64,000 bases of DNA from Stegostoma tigrinum. Taxonomy: Eukaryota. The position numbers and the translations under genes were made by a program. Shown here piece by piece: positions 27,057 through 46,455 of the stretch. The notes under the pieces were generated by a model. The model was not told the DNA's origin, did not search any database, and saw only the letters and a list, made by a program, of their open reading frames with translations. Position 1 is the first letter of the stretch; each line of letters starts with the position of its first letter. The stretch spans positions 21,102,629-21,166,628 of the forward strand of contig NC_081391.1 in NCBI RefSeq assembly GCF_030684315.1, written 5' to 3'.

Positions 27057-29465
27057 ATGGCCTCCCAAGTGTGTCAGAATTACCACAAGGACTGTGAGGA
27101 TGCTGTGAACAAACAGATCAACCTGGAGCTTTATTCCTCCTATGTTTACCTCTCCGTGGTGAGACTTGTGATCTTGAATGGTCTATTTCAGTGTTAGGGC
27201 TGTGATATGATTGTACTGAGCCTTTAAGTGGCTTCTTGCTCAATGATTTAGTACTACCATATATCGTGTCTGTTGTCCTTCCTGGAATGAATCCTGTGAG
27301 TGCTCTTAATACTAATTCTGTAGCAATTTTAAGCTTGTCTTGTGTTGGAGCTGGCTCTTGTCTAGGAGTCCCCAGTATGTTGTAATTCTGGGCAGAGCAC
27401 ATTTTTGGTGCTGAGGGATGGCCTGGTTCTGCTTCTTAATTCAACTCCTCCTTCCATGTTGATATCAATGGCCCATTTATATTTGAAATCATTTACATCC
27501 TTGTGGAAGCCTGCATCAGTCCAAATCTAACTTTTTATATCTTGTCCTTTTAATGAAGCCTTTTTTTTAATAAGCATCCTAACTGTGATTAACTACTGGA
27601 AATAAAAGACTAAAATGAGCTGCTGGAAAAGCTTAGTGGGTCTGGTAGGATCTGTGGTGAGAAATCAGTTCCTGTTTTTGGTCCAGTGACCTTTCCTTCA
27701 TGGTTTTTAGTTGCTAATTATGAGGAGCAGACTTTTTCCACTCCCAAGATGGATTATCTGGAACAAAAATCAGTCACTGTCTCTTGTGCAGATGAGGTGT
27801 TAGGACAGTGGGGCTAAATCAGATGAGTGATGTTGGTAATGTGAGGAGCTCAGATTTCAGCTTCTCTTGGTCAACATGCACATGTCCCTTCATTCAGTTG
27901 GACAATGCCCTGATTGGCTTCCAGCACTGGGTAATAGTGTTTCTGACCTGCAGTGCAGGGATGTCTAATGCCTGTTGCCAGCTGTGACCGTCACCGTGCA
28001 CTGTCTCACCAAGTCACCGACCAGCGGTTGTAGCGGGTGCTACTTAATCTTTATTTCTAGATGTTTGAACAAATATCTGTCTAGTTTAGTTTATGGATGA
28101 CCATAAATGTAAATACCTGTCTTCTTACTGTCCATCTAACTTCCATTTCGTGAGCAAAACCAAGCTGAATTGAGTGAAATTTACTTCCCATTTTGTCTGT
28201 TTGCAGTTCTCTCTCTTTGACCGGGATGATGTTGCCCTCCATCACTTTGCTGAGTTCTTCAAGGAGCAGTCCCATGAGGAGCGGGAACACGCTGAGAAAC
28301 TGATGGCATTCCAGAATAAACGTGGAGGCTGAGTCCTCCCGAGGACATCAAGGTTGGATTCTGAGAATGTCTGTCTGTTTGCAGCTTTTTGAGCAGCTAC
28401 AATCGACTGGTATCTCCATCTATTTAGCTTCAGGATTGATCAAATACTATGTCAAGGGCAAGTTGTTCACCAAAACAGGATTTGTTTAGGGAAAAGGGAA
28501 ATACTTTGCATTTGTGACTCAATAGCAGAAGGCAATTCAGATGATCCAGGCTACTGGATGGTGAGCACATGTCCCTGTATGTGACTCTATATGGACAAGG
28601 TGAGGTAACAAAAGGTAAGGCTGAGAACTTGCAGCTACAAAAAGCAGCAGCATCCAACCTCACTACATCCAGAAGAGGTTTGTAATGCCTTGGGACCATT
28701 CTGGTCACTACATCAAACAGTAAAGCAAGGGATTACTTCCATTGCGACTGATTCTAGATACGACTTCTTTCAGAATTCACAGTAACAGTGGGATATGTTA
28801 ACATTTCTTTATTCTCAGACCAGCATAAAATCTAGAGGGTTTTTGTATCCAAGTAAAATTTTTTGTCTGAATGTAACCCCTGGAAATGATGAGGGATAAC
28901 TAACTGATCAGATGTAGACTAATGATACAACTGCCTGCTGAGCTGTGCTTTCTGTTCCTGCTTCCCTCGCTTCAGAAGCCAGAGCAGGATGAGTGGGGCA
29001 ATGGTCTGGAGGTGATGCAGAGAGCTCTGCAGATGGAGAAGGATGTGAACCAGAGTCTGCTGGATCTGCACAAACTTGCCTCTGACCACATAGACCCTCA
29101 TGTGAGGTTTTATCCCTTTCCTGGAAGAAAGTGATCTGTTTGTGTACTTCCAGGGTGGGGAATCCAATTATTTTTCTATCTGCCTCCTGCAGGATGTTTA
29201 AACAAAACCTTGTGAAGGCATCACTTGCATGCCCCTCCCCCATAGTGAGGTGATGGTCACTTCTGTCATGGGAGGTCACTGACATTTTTTGATCCTTGTT
29301 GGATTAATTTTGTCTTCCAGCTGTGATTTCATGGAGAGGCACTACTTGGATAAGCAAGTGAAGATGATCAAGAAGCTGGGAGATCACATCACCAACCTGA
29401 AGAGACTGGGAGCCCCTGACAATGGCATGGGAGAGTACATGTTTGACAGGCTGCCACTCCGTTGA
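27057..29465 (+). pseudogene. Ferritin copy 5, pseudogene (most divergent introns)
   Basis: Exon 1 27057-27158; exon 2 28207-28352 with CGA>TGA at 28330 and a 1-nt deletion; exon 3 28976-29101; exon 4 29321-29465 with a 2-nt deletion at its start. Proximal promoter deleted. Confidence 0.92.
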
Positions 29466-31856
29466 ATGGGGTCAATATCTATATCTGTTGTACATGGTGA
29501 CCTCATTCTACTAAATGACTAGTTGTTCTCTGAGCAAATTAAAAGAGTGTTCACCATGGAACTGAGTACAGTGTGTAATTTTCATAGCTTCTGGTTCTTG
29601 GAGGTTTTTTGTGTTTTAACATCTGGTAATCAAATCCATTTTCTGTTCTTTCTTGCAACCTTTGATTCAATGCCTGCCCCAGTAATTTGCTCGGTGTTTG
29701 CTTCTGCTGAGAGTCTGTAGGGATTGAGTGGGCAATCTTGTCCTTGGAAATGCCACAACTGGCAAATATCTGCATTGCAGACAATGCCAGAACAAAATCT
29801 GTCCTCAGCTTTCCCAGGACAATTTTTCAGGACCAGCTTCGGCTCAAAACCATGACTGAAATCTGTCCTGTGCCTAAACATTAGGCATTGCCAAGGCCTG
29901 TCCATTCATTCAATCTTCAGCATTTTTGGAAAAACCAAGCTGACACTGGAAACCAGGAACAAAAGCTGCTGGGAAATCTCAGGTTTGGTAGTGAGAAGTG
30001 TTGAACAGAACCGGGACACGAGACACGTGTTTATCTCTTGACTGATTTTGTTGCCAGGCCATGAGGTGTTTTGCACCTACTTGTTCTCTTGCTTAAATCT
30101 TACTGACTTTAATAGGTCACAAAATTCCTCATTACAAGGATATAAAGTTGACCAATCGTGCAAGGTACACCTGCTTTTCTGCAATTGCTTACCATTTACA
30201 TGTTTCCTGAGCTAGAGAATTGTTTCTCTAGTATGTCCTTTCCATTCAGTAGAATGAAAGCTCTGCTTTCTCCCTGACAATGCTAATGACTATGGCCTCT
30301 ATTAGGCAATGAAGCAGTGCCCACCTTCTAAAGCATCTGCTGTAACTCCTGTCCTTGCTCTGCAATGCAAAGGTGACAAATGCTGAGGACACCTGATGAC
30401 AATAAAGCAAAAACCAAAATACCACTTGCAGAAGTCAGTAGTTCCAATTTCCTTGACATTTAATTGTGAAGAAAATCAGCTTTCTGATGTAATCTGGCCT
30501 CCATGTGGCTCCACACACGCTGCATTGGGTCTAGCTCATTGCTGTCAATCACAATCAGTCACTGGTTTCTAATGGGTGACCACTGACAATTCCTTGACAG
30601 GATAAGGATGTCACTGACCAGGCAGCATTTATCCTCTGTCTGAACTGCCCATGGGCCCATTAGTCAACTACAGTGCTTTAGGCTTGGTGTCATATACTGG
30701 CCAGACCAGGTAAGGATGGCAGTTTGGCAGTTCCCTTCCCTGAATGACTTCAGTGAAAAGGATATTTTATTCAGACTAGGAATTGCATGCTCATTTTTAG
30801 GTTCATAATGCCCAAAGAGAGTTTTTCAGACAGAATCAGGACAATGGGCCTCAGTCCCACACTCCAGAAGCTTAACAGTTGCCAGCTCAGAGCAGCCACG
30901 AGATTCACTCCTTCCACCACTGACACACAGGGACTGCAATGTGTACTATCACCAAATGTTGTAGAAATCCACCAAAGCTCCCTAGACAACACCTTCCAAA
31001 GCCCCCATTACTTGCCATGGGACAAGGGCAGCAAATACATGGAACACAACCGCCTCTAAGTTCTACACCAAGCCATTCACCATCCTGAGTTGGAAACATG
31101 GTCCCATTCCCCTAGTGTGCTGGATCAGAATCCTGGAATTCCCTCCCTAACAGCATTGGGGATCTGCCTACACCAAATGGGCAACAGCAATTCAAGAACG
31201 CAAGCCACCACATTCTCTCATCTAATGTTAGGCCTGATCTCCGAGGGTTTCAACTACCTCTGGCTGATGGTTCTTTTGTGAAATTGTCAAGTTCTAGCTC
31301 AACCACAGCTGGAGTGCTCAGTTCTAGCAGCTTCGACCCAAAGATGGTTATGCACAGAATTTCTGGAATGAACTTGGACAGAGAGCTGGTTCATTGATGA
31401 TAACGGTTTGTCCCAGTCCCTCTGTGTAGAAGGTTAAGGGATGGCTGTGTTTGAAATTTCAAAGAGGATTAATGGATTTGACAGAGTGGACAGACAGAAT
31501 CTGTTTCTTGTCTATGGTCATTGAGGACTGTGTGCAAAATAGGATTATAATTTTCACATTACAACTAAATCATCCAGGATAGTGTCAAAAACAGCTTCTT
31601 TGTGGAGAAGATAATATGTGCACGTGCTGTTAGATATTTATTGGGTAAGGCTTGACTTTGACAATCACTTTCTAATTTCAACACTAAAAATATGTGAATA
31701 ACACATTTTCTTTGAGAAACATAGAAAGACAAAACAGGCTCAATGTTACAAATCTGATGTGAGTACAGGAGCAGAGAGACTTTGGGTTTCAAGTATGTGA
31801 TTATCTGAAAGTGACCAGCCAAGATGATGCTGTTATTGAGAAGGCTGTGGTGAACC

Positions 31857-33046
31857 AAGCATGTGGATGAGGGAAGGGCAGTTGACGTGGTGTACATGGA
31901 CTTCAGTAAAGCCTTTGATAAGGTTCCACATGGTAGGCTATTGGAGAAAATACAGAGGCAGAGGATTGAGGGAGATTTAGCAGTTTGGATTAGAAACTGG
32001 CTTTCTGTAAAAAGGCAACGAGTGGTGGTTGATGGAAAATATCCAGCCTGGAGTCAGGTCACTCGTAGTGTGCCTCAAGGATCTGCTTTAGGACCACTGC
32101 TGTTTGTCATTTTTATAAATGACTTGGACGCAGGCATAGGTGGATGGGTTAGTAAGTTTGCAGATGACACTAAAGTCGGTGGAGTGGTGGACGGGGTGGA
32201 AGAATGTTGCACGTTGCAGGGAGACTTGGATAAACTGCAGAATTGGGCTGAAAGGTGGCAAATGGAGTTCAATGCAGATAAATGTGAGTTGATTCAATTT
32301 TGGGGGAATAACAGGAAGGCAGAATACCGGGTCAATGGAAAGATTCTTGGCAGTGTGGATGTGCAGATGGATCTTGGTGTCCATGTACATAGATCCCTGA
32401 AAGTTGTCACCAGGTTGATAATGCTGATAAGAAGGCTTACCGTGTGTTAGGTTTTATTGGTAGAGGGATTGAGTTCCGGAGCCGTGATGTCATGCTGCAA
32501 CTGTACAAAACGCTAGTGCGGCCTCATTTGGAATATTGCGTGCAGTTCTGGTCACCCCATTACAGGAAGGATGTGGAAGCATTGGGAAAGGTGCAGAGGA
32601 GATTTACCAGGATGTTGCCTGGTCTGGAGCGCAGGCCCAATGAAGAAACGCTGAGGGACTTGGATCTGTTCTCATTGGAGAGAAGTAGGCTAAGAGGGGA
32701 TTTAATAGAGACATACAAGATGATCAGAGGATTAGATAGGGTGGACAGTGAGAGTCTTTTTCCGAGGATGATGACTTCAACTTGTACAAGGGGGGCATAG
32801 CTACAAATTGCGGGGTGATACATTTAAGACATTTGTCAGAGGCAGGTTCTTTGCTCAGAGAGTGGTAAGGGCGTGGAAAGCACTGCCTGCCAATGTAGTT
32901 AACTCAGCCACGTTAGGGGCATTTAAACAGTCCTTGAATAAGCATATGGATGGTGACGGGATTGTGTAGGAGGTGGGGCTTGGATTAGCTCACAGGTCGG
33001 CGCAACATCGAGGGCCGAAGGGCCCGTTCTGCGCTGTATTGTTCTA
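31857..33046 (+). mobile_element. Independent 5'-truncated CR1 inserted into an older LINE relic
   Basis: RT motifs, GTTCTA tail, TSD TGAACC (31851-31856 / 33047-33052); empty site at ~18245. Confidence 0.92.
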
Positions 33047-35161
33047 TGAACCTTGTGTTTTCAAATTGAGGCATCGAGCATAAAAGCAAGGAATTGATGA
33101 TACCCCTCTACAACTCATTGGTTAGACCACATTTGCAGTGATGTGCTCAGTTCTGGGCGTGGCTTTTAAGGAAGGGCATGCAAGCACTGGACAGAGTTCA
33201 AAGGTGATTTATAATAATGACACCTGGAATGGGGAATTTCAGACACACGGAAAGATTAAAGAAATAGCGCTTATTCTCCTTGGAGCAAGGAGCACTTGTT
33301 GAAGTGATCAAAATTATCACCAATTCTGTCAGGGTAAAGGGGGATATTCTGTTTTCACCAGTGGATACGTTAGTGACGAGGGGTCACAATTTGTCAGTGA
33401 GGGAGCTCACAGTGAGAGGAGGAGAAACCTCTTCACTCAGAAAGTTGGTAGGGTTTGGTATGCGTAGCTGACAGGAGTGATGGACGCAGATTCCGTAGGT
33501 GGCTTTAGAAAAGCAGCTGTATACATATATGGAAGTGGCAAATTTAGAGGGATACAGACATAGGGCTGGAGAGTGGGGCTGGGTGTGGAATGCTTTCAGA
33601 AGCTGAATCAGGCACGATGGACCAAATGGCCTCCTATCATTAAAAATCCTCTGCATGTTCCCCCAGGAAATTCTCAGAGTTTGGAGAGGGCCTTTGTACT
33701 CCTCTCAGTGGGCACCTGTACAAGGCACCTTTAATGTGGGAAAGCTGTTACACATCAGCAGAGACATGGTCCTTTACACAAGGTAGACCCAGTTCCACTG
33801 GCAAAGAAATGTTGACTGGGGATCCCCCAACTGCTGACCTTCACCCACCGTCACAGCCAACGATAGCACACGCCTATCTTCCACCTGGATGGCCGTTGGG
33901 AACTTGTTTTGCATTGCACTTTACCAGGACCTTCCCCTCGATCGTACTGTCCTGGGTGGCCCTGCCAGGAGGTGAAATCCTCTTCAGGTATCACTCTCAG
34001 AACCAACAGAACACTCGAGGCTCTCCATCACTGCGAGGTGACAATCCACAGGCAGGAGCTGGAGGCAGGGAGATGCTGCTCAGGTACAGACCCATCACAG
34101 AATCGGAGAATTGTTGTGGCACAGCAGGCGGCCATTCGGTCCTTTGTGCCTGTACCTGTTCTGGTTGTTTTCTAATTCTGCCTGTAGAGATGTTACAAAA
34201 TCTCTGGATCTGGTATGGACTTGGACCAAGGCTTCCTGGTCCACAGCTAGGGACATTACCCCTGCATCACAATACCCTGGCTGCACTGGTTGTACAAACT
34301 TAGAATCATCGAAAAAAAATTGTTGGATTCGGCCATTCAGCCCCCTCCAGACTGCTCTGCCATTCCATGTGATTGTGGCTGATTCCATAACTCAGTCCCA
34401 TCTTCCCACTCTCTCTCCATACTCTTTGATCCCTTCAGCCCTCAAAGCTACACCCAACTGCTCCTGGAAAACATTCAAAGTTTTGGCCTCAAATGTTTTC
34501 TGTGGCACAGAATTCCACAGGACCCCCACTCTCTCGGTGAAGAGATTTCTCCTCATCTCAGTCCTAAATGTGTCCTTAGGCTGTGACCCCTGATCCTAAA
34601 CTTTTCCATCATCAGGAACATCCTTCCTGTCTTTTCCACAGCTGACACTATGACAATTTTCGATGACCCCGAGCCAATTTCCCACCTTTCTTTCCCAAAT
34701 CCCAGCACAACAGGCTGAGAAACTGACACTCCCCTTCCTCAATGAGTCCCTTGTGCAGTTGATCACAACCACCATAATTTAAAAACAAAACGAGCAATCT
34801 TTTCTCAAACCATATCTACTTCTTTCAGAAAAGAACCAAATGACCTATGACCTGAGTGAGTGGTGCAGAAGGTTTGAGATGCCGAATGGCCTCCTGCTGT
34901 TCCAATCACAGAATAACCATCCAGACCTGGCTCTCATCTCCACCTCTGATCAGCTCTGCTTAACACACCCTCCCCCTCTCTCTCATTGGTGCCTGTATGC
35001 ATGGGTGGCTCCTGATTGGCCAGCAGCAACTGTCAGTCATCATCAGTTCGGTCTCCCTCTGGGTGAGTGCCGGTTGTCTCAGGAGTAGAAACACAACAGC
35101 TTTGGGGATTGAGGCCTTTGTTCCAGAGTTGTCCTTGTGATTGTGAGCAGGAATAGTGAAG

Positions 35162-37555
<2,394 letters not shown>

Positions 37556-40500
37556 GTGGGGTCAATATCTATATCTGTTGTACATGGTGACCTCATTCTA
37601 CTAAATGACTAGTTGTGCTCTGAGCAAATTAAAATAGTATTCACCATGGAATTGAGTACAGTGTGTAATTTCTATAGCTTCTGGTTCTTGGAGCTTTTTG
37701 TGCTGTCATGTCTGATCATCAATCCTTTGTTCTTTGTGACATTCTTTGATTCAATGCCTGCCCCAGTAACTTGCTCAGTGTTTGATTCTGCTGTGTCTGG
37801 GGATTGAGTGGGCAATCCTTTTATTGGAAATTCCATAACTGGTAAGGTTGTTGACAGATAAGTCAGCATTACTGACATCTACCCGCAGGGACAAGTTTGC
37901 AGGACCAGCTTCAAATCAATGCACTGACTGAAATCAGTCCTTTGCCTAAAGGGTAGGCACTGATCTAATGCACTGCCCTTGGTCATGTGTTTGGGTCTCT
38001 TTTTAAATAAGCAGATTCTGGAAACCAGGATCAAAACCTGCTGGGAAATCTCAGGTTTGGCAGCATTGGGAGGGAGAAGGGTTGAACAGAACCTGGCCAT
38101 GAGACACGTGATCATCTCTTGTTTGATTTTGTTGCCTGACAGTGAGGTGTTTTCCAGCAATTTGTTCTAATGCCTTGGTGTTACTCATTTTCGTAAATCG
38201 TAAAATTCCTCCTCCCAAAGAGTAAGATAGAATGCTTTTCCGCAGTTTTTTTCTTTGACATAAGCAATTGCTTATTGCACTCTTCCCTGAGCTAGGGAAT
38301 TAGTTTCTTCAGTATCTCCTTACATGTAAGAGAAAGGAAACATCTACCTTGTCTTACAATGCTAAAGATGATGAGGAACTGCGTTGGGAATGAAGCAGTG
38401 CCCCCCTTGTTGCCTGTGTGATAATTTCTATTATTACCCTGCAACGAAGAGGTGACAAATACTGAGGATGCTTGGTGCAAAAGCAAGCTAAAATGCAACG
38501 AGCATGTGCAGAAATCAGCAGTTTCAATTTTCAAGCAGATCAGATCGCCTGCTGTCGACTGGCTGATCTGTGACTCCACACAGTGCACGCTGGGGGCCTA
38601 ATCACTATCAATCAGCCCTGAATTACAATGTGACTGGTTTGTGTAAGTGCTTTAACAGGATCAGGCTATCACTGACGGGCAGCATTTATTATCCATCTCT
38701 GATTACCCACCCAGCCCATGAGTAATTCAAATTAAACCCCTTTGCTGTGGCCGTGGGGTTACACATAAGCCAGAGCAGGTAAGGATGGCAGTTTCTTACA
38801 AACAAGGACATTAGTGAACTAGAGGCTTGTTTGCACCATCACTTCTGGAATGAGAATGATGTGCAGGAAATTCAGTGATGTCAGACAGAATCAGGAAAAC
38901 AGGTAGCAGTCTAACACTACAGAATGTTGACAGCCTCCAGCAAACGAGCAGCCACTTTAGTCAATCCTTCCACCACTGACATACGCAGAGACTGCAAAAT
39001 ATATACCATCTACCAAATGCTGTAGGAATCCACCAAAGCTCCTCAGACAACTTCTTAAAACCATAACTACTTTCCATCGGACAAGGGCCGCAGAAATGTG
39101 GGAACACCATGCCTCTCCACGTTCTACACTAAGCCACTGCTCATCTGGCATTGGAAACATAGCCCCACATTCCCTCCCTAACAGCAGTATGGCTTTGCCT
39201 ACACCAAATGGGCAACAGTAACGCAAGAAGGAAAGTCACCACGTTCTCTAAACTAATGTTAGCCCTGATCTCTGAGGGGTTCAAATACCTCTGGATGGAG
39301 AGGTATTGGTGAAATTGTCAAGTTCCTGTTCAACCACAGCCGGAGTGCACAGTTCTGGCAGGTACGACCCCGACAATGGTCATGCACAGAATTTCTGGAA
39401 GTAACCTGGACAGAGAGATGGTTAATTCATCATAATGGCTTGTCCAGTCCCTCTGTGTAGAAGGTTAAGGGATGGCTGTAACTGATATTGTTCAGAGGAC
39501 TAACGGATTTGACAGGGTAGAGAGGAAAGAACCCATTTCTTCTCAATGATCATCTCGGACTGTGCGTAGAATGGGATGACAATCTTCACATGAGAACTAC
39601 ATCATCCAGGATCATGTCAAAAACAGTTACTTTGTGGAAAGGACAACATTTGCACGCACAGATATTTACTGCACAAGGCTTGATGTTGCCAATCACTTTC
39701 CAATTTCAAGACATAAAAAAAAAAGTGAGTAATGCATTTTTGTCCAAGAAACACAGAAAGACAAAACAGGCTCGATGTTACAAATCTGATGTGAGTACAG
39801 GAGCTCAGAGGCTTTCGGTTTCAAGTATGCGATTATCTGAAAGTGGTCAGGCAGGATGAAGCTGTTATTAATGGAGATTGAGCCACCTATGTGAACCTTG
39901 TGTTTTCAAATTGAGGCATCGAGAATAAAAGCAATGAATTGATATTGCACCTGTACAAATCATTGGTTAGACCACATTTCCATTATGTACTCAGTTCTGG
40001 GCATGGCATTCAAGGCACGACATGAAAAACCTCAAAAGAGTTCAAAGGAGATTTATTAGAATGACCCCAGGAATGAGGAATTTTAGATACACAGAAAGAT
40101 GAAGGAAAATGGGCTAAATCTCCTTACAGGTGACCTTGTTGACATGATCAAAACTATGAACAGTTTTGATAGAGTAAAAAGGATATTCTGATTTCAGCAG
40201 TTGACTTGTCAGTGACAAGGGGTCACAGTTTGTCAGTAGGGGAGATCAGAGTGAAATGGGAAGAAACCTCTTTGCTCAGAAAGTTGTTCGGATTTGGAAT
40301 GTGCTGCCTGGAAGAGTGACGGAGGTAGATTCCATGGGTGGTTTCAAAACAAGAGTTGGATATGTCCTTGGAAGTGACGAATTTAGAGAGGGACAGAGAT
40401 AGGGCTGGAAAGTGGGACTAATCAGGTAGCTCTTTCAGAAGCTAATACAGGAACGGTGGGCTGAACGGCCTCCTGTTGTGAAGAACGCTCTGAATTTCCA

Positions 40501-41973
40501 CCCAGGAAATTCTGAGAGTTTGGGGACGGGGTTTGAATTCCACCTGTAGAAGGCACCTTGAATGTGGGAAAGCTGTTACACATCAGCAGAGACATGGTCC
40601 TTTACACAAGGTAGGCCCAGTTCCACTGGCAAAGAAATGTTGACTGGGGATCCCCCCACTGCTGGCCAACACCCACTGTCACAGCCAACGATCGCACACA
40701 CCTATCTTCCACCTGGATGGCCGCTGGGGACTGGTTTTGCATTGCAACTTATCAGGACCCTCCCCTCGATCGTACCGTCCAGGGTGGCCCTGCCAGGAGG
40801 TGAAATCCTCCTCAGGTATCCCTCTCAGAACCAACAGAACACTCGAGGCTTTCCATCACTGCGAGGTGACAATCCACAGGCAGGAGCTGGAGGCAGGGAG
40901 ATTCTGCTCAGGTACAGACCCGCCACAGAATCGGAGAATTGTTATGGCACAGCAGGAGGCCATTCGGTTCTTTGTGCCTGTACCTGTTCTGGTTGTTTTC
41001 TAAATCTGCCTGTAGAGATGATTTAAGAGCTCTGGATCTGGTAGGAACTTGTACCAAGGCCTCCTGGTCCACAGCTAGGGACATTACCCCTAAACCACAA
41101 GACCCTAGCTGCGCTGGTTGCAGAAACATAGGATCATAGAAAAGAAATGTTGAGTCGGCCATTCATCCCTTCCAGCCGGCTCTGCCATTCCATGTGATTG
41201 TGGCTGATTCCATAACTCGGCACCATATTCTCACCCTCTCTGCAATCCCCTTTGATCCAGCCCTCAAAGCTCTCCCCAATTCCTGTTTTGGCTTCAATCC
41301 TTTTCTGTGGCAGAGAATTCCACAGGTTCCACCACTTCGCCCCCCGAGGTGAAGAGATTTCTCCTCACCTCAGTCCTAAACGTATCCTTAGATTGCAAAC
41401 CCTGGTCCTGGCCTCCCCCATAATCAGGAACATCCTTCCTGTCTTTTCCACAGCAGACACTGTTATAATTTTTCTATGACCCAGAGACAATTTCCCACCC
41501 TTCTTTCCCAAATCCCAGCACAACAAGCTGAGAAACGGATGCCCCTCTTCCTCATTGAATCCCTCGTGCATTTGGTCACAACCACCTTAATTTTTAAAAA
41601 ATGTGTAACTTTTTTGAAACCAAATTGACTTCTTTTAGAAAAGAACCAAATGATCTATGACCTGATTGAGTGCTGCAGAAGGTTTGAGATGCCGAATGGC
41701 CTCCTGCTGTTCCAATCACAGAATAACCATCCAGACCTGACTCTCATCTCCACCTCTGATCAGCTCTGCTTAACACACCCTCCCCCTCTCTCTCATTGGT
41801 GCCTGTATGCAGGGGTGGTACCTGATTGGCCACCAGCAACTGTCAGTCATCATCAGTTCTGCCTCTCTCTGTGTGACTGCAGGATGGTCCCAGGACTATA
41901 AATACAAGAGCCTGTGGGAGAGAGAGACTTAGTTCTAGAGTTTTCTTGGTGCTTGTGAGCAGGAATAGTGAAG

Positions 41974-44369
<2,396 letters not shown>

Positions 44370-46455
44370 GTGAGGTCAATAATGTGTCTGTTGTACATGG
44401 TGACATAATGCTAGTAACTTGGTTGTGCTCTGAGCAAATTAAAATAGTGTTCACCATGGAACTGAGTACTTTGTATAATTTCACAGCTGCTTCTGGCTCT
44501 TGGTATTGCTGTTTGACACCTGATCATTAATTCCTTTTCTGTTCTGATTAACCTTTGATTCAATGCCTGCCCCAGTCGTCTGCTCCTTTTCTCTTCACTT
44601 GTTTGTAGGAATTAGGTGGGCAATCCTTGCAGTGGAAATTCCACAAGTGTTCAATTTGGGTTTTTGGCTAGTAAGCAGTGTTGTGTTGACTTTTTTATTC
44701 CAAACCAGCTTCTAGTCAATATCTTCAGTGAAACCAGCCCCCTGTCTCAATGTTAGACACTGCCCTTGGCAATGTTCAAGTCTCTTTTGTAAATAAGCAG
44801 GGGCAGGAAATAGCAGGTTTGGGGAGCATCTGTGGAGAGAACTGTTCTCAGTCCCAGGACCCAAGATACAGTCACATCTCGTGACAGATGTTGCCAGACC
44901 TGTGAGGCTTTCCAGCAATTTTTTTGTCGCACTTCAAATCTAGCAATTTGAGCATACTTTCACTCTTTTGAACAGGAATATATAGTGGAACATCCAGCAT
45001 CTAAGATGCACTGATCTTTAGCACTTTAGATAAGCAATTGTTTCCAGAGCTGGGAAATAGTTTACTCTCTTTTGCTGCAGTGGGGGAAGGAGTAAGGGCA
45101 CTGCCTGATTGTAGGAGAATGGCAAAATTTGTTTTCTCGTGTATCAGTCTTTCTGCTTCTAGACAATGATCCTCATTATGTAATGCAGCAGTGCCCACCT
45201 TGGAGCCCCTGTGGTAGAACTTCTATCATTGCTCTGCAATGTAGAGATGCCAAAGGCTCAGGACACCTAGTAAAAATAAAGCTAGAATGCAAATGCCACT
45301 AGCAGAAAGCAGCAGTTTGTGTGCTTAGCAAGGAAATAAGCTCTCCTGATGTACGCTGACCGGCATGTACCTCCACCTGCAATGTGCTATGGCTGCCTAA
45401 TTACTGGTGCTCAGGGGTGACAGTTTCCTTTATTTAAAGGATGAGGATGTCTCTGAGCTGACACCATTTATTTATCCATTGCTCATTGTCCCCAAGGCCA
45501 GGTCAGAGTCACACACGTGGCTGTGGTTGCAGCGTCATACGCAGGCCAGGTAAGGATGGGTTTTTGACACTGAATATAATGCTCCTCATCAGCTTCTTAA
45601 TTCTAGAACTCCAGAGAGTTGTCGCACAGAATTAGGAGATCATTCCACCACTCCAGAAACTTGATGGCCTCCAGCAGCCACTAGATGCATTCTTTGCACC
45701 ACTGACACACACGGAGTACACTGTGTACCGCCTCCCAAAAGCTGGAGAAATCCACCAAAGCTCCTGAGAATACTTTCCAAAGCCCTAATTACTTGCCATG
45801 GGAGAAAGGCATCTGATACAGGGGAAAACCACCCCCTCTAAGTTCTCCATCAAGCTACCTGCCATCCTGAGTTGGAAACACAACACCCCATTCTCCAGTG
45901 TCGGTGGATCAGAATCCTGGAATTCCCTCACTAGGAACATTGTGGATCTGACTACAGCAATTAAAGAAAGAAAGCCACCCCATTCTCTCATGGTGGGTGT
46001 GATCTCCGAGCGGGTCAAATACCTCTGGCTGGGCCGCCTTTTGTGAAATTGTCAAGTTCTAGCTCAACTCCATCTCGAGTGCATGGTTCTAGTAGGTTCA
46101 ATCCAAAGATGCTTATGCACAGAATTTCTGGAATGAACCTGGGCAGAAAGTTAATTGGCTACGATGATAATCGTTTTCCCAAGTCCCTCGATGTAGAAGT
46201 GGACGGGATGTCTGTGCTTGGAATTTACAAGTGGATTCATGGATTTGACAGGGTAGATAGAGAGATCCTGCTTCTTTTCAATTCACATCCAGGACTGAGA
46301 GGGGGGAATATGATTACATTCCTAGCAGTAGAAGTAAATCATCCATGATAAAGCAAAAAACAGCTGCTTTTTGGAAAGGATAATATGTGAATGAGCAGTT
46401 AGATATTTATTCGGTAAGATGTTGATGTTGCCAATCACTTTCCCATTGGAACATA

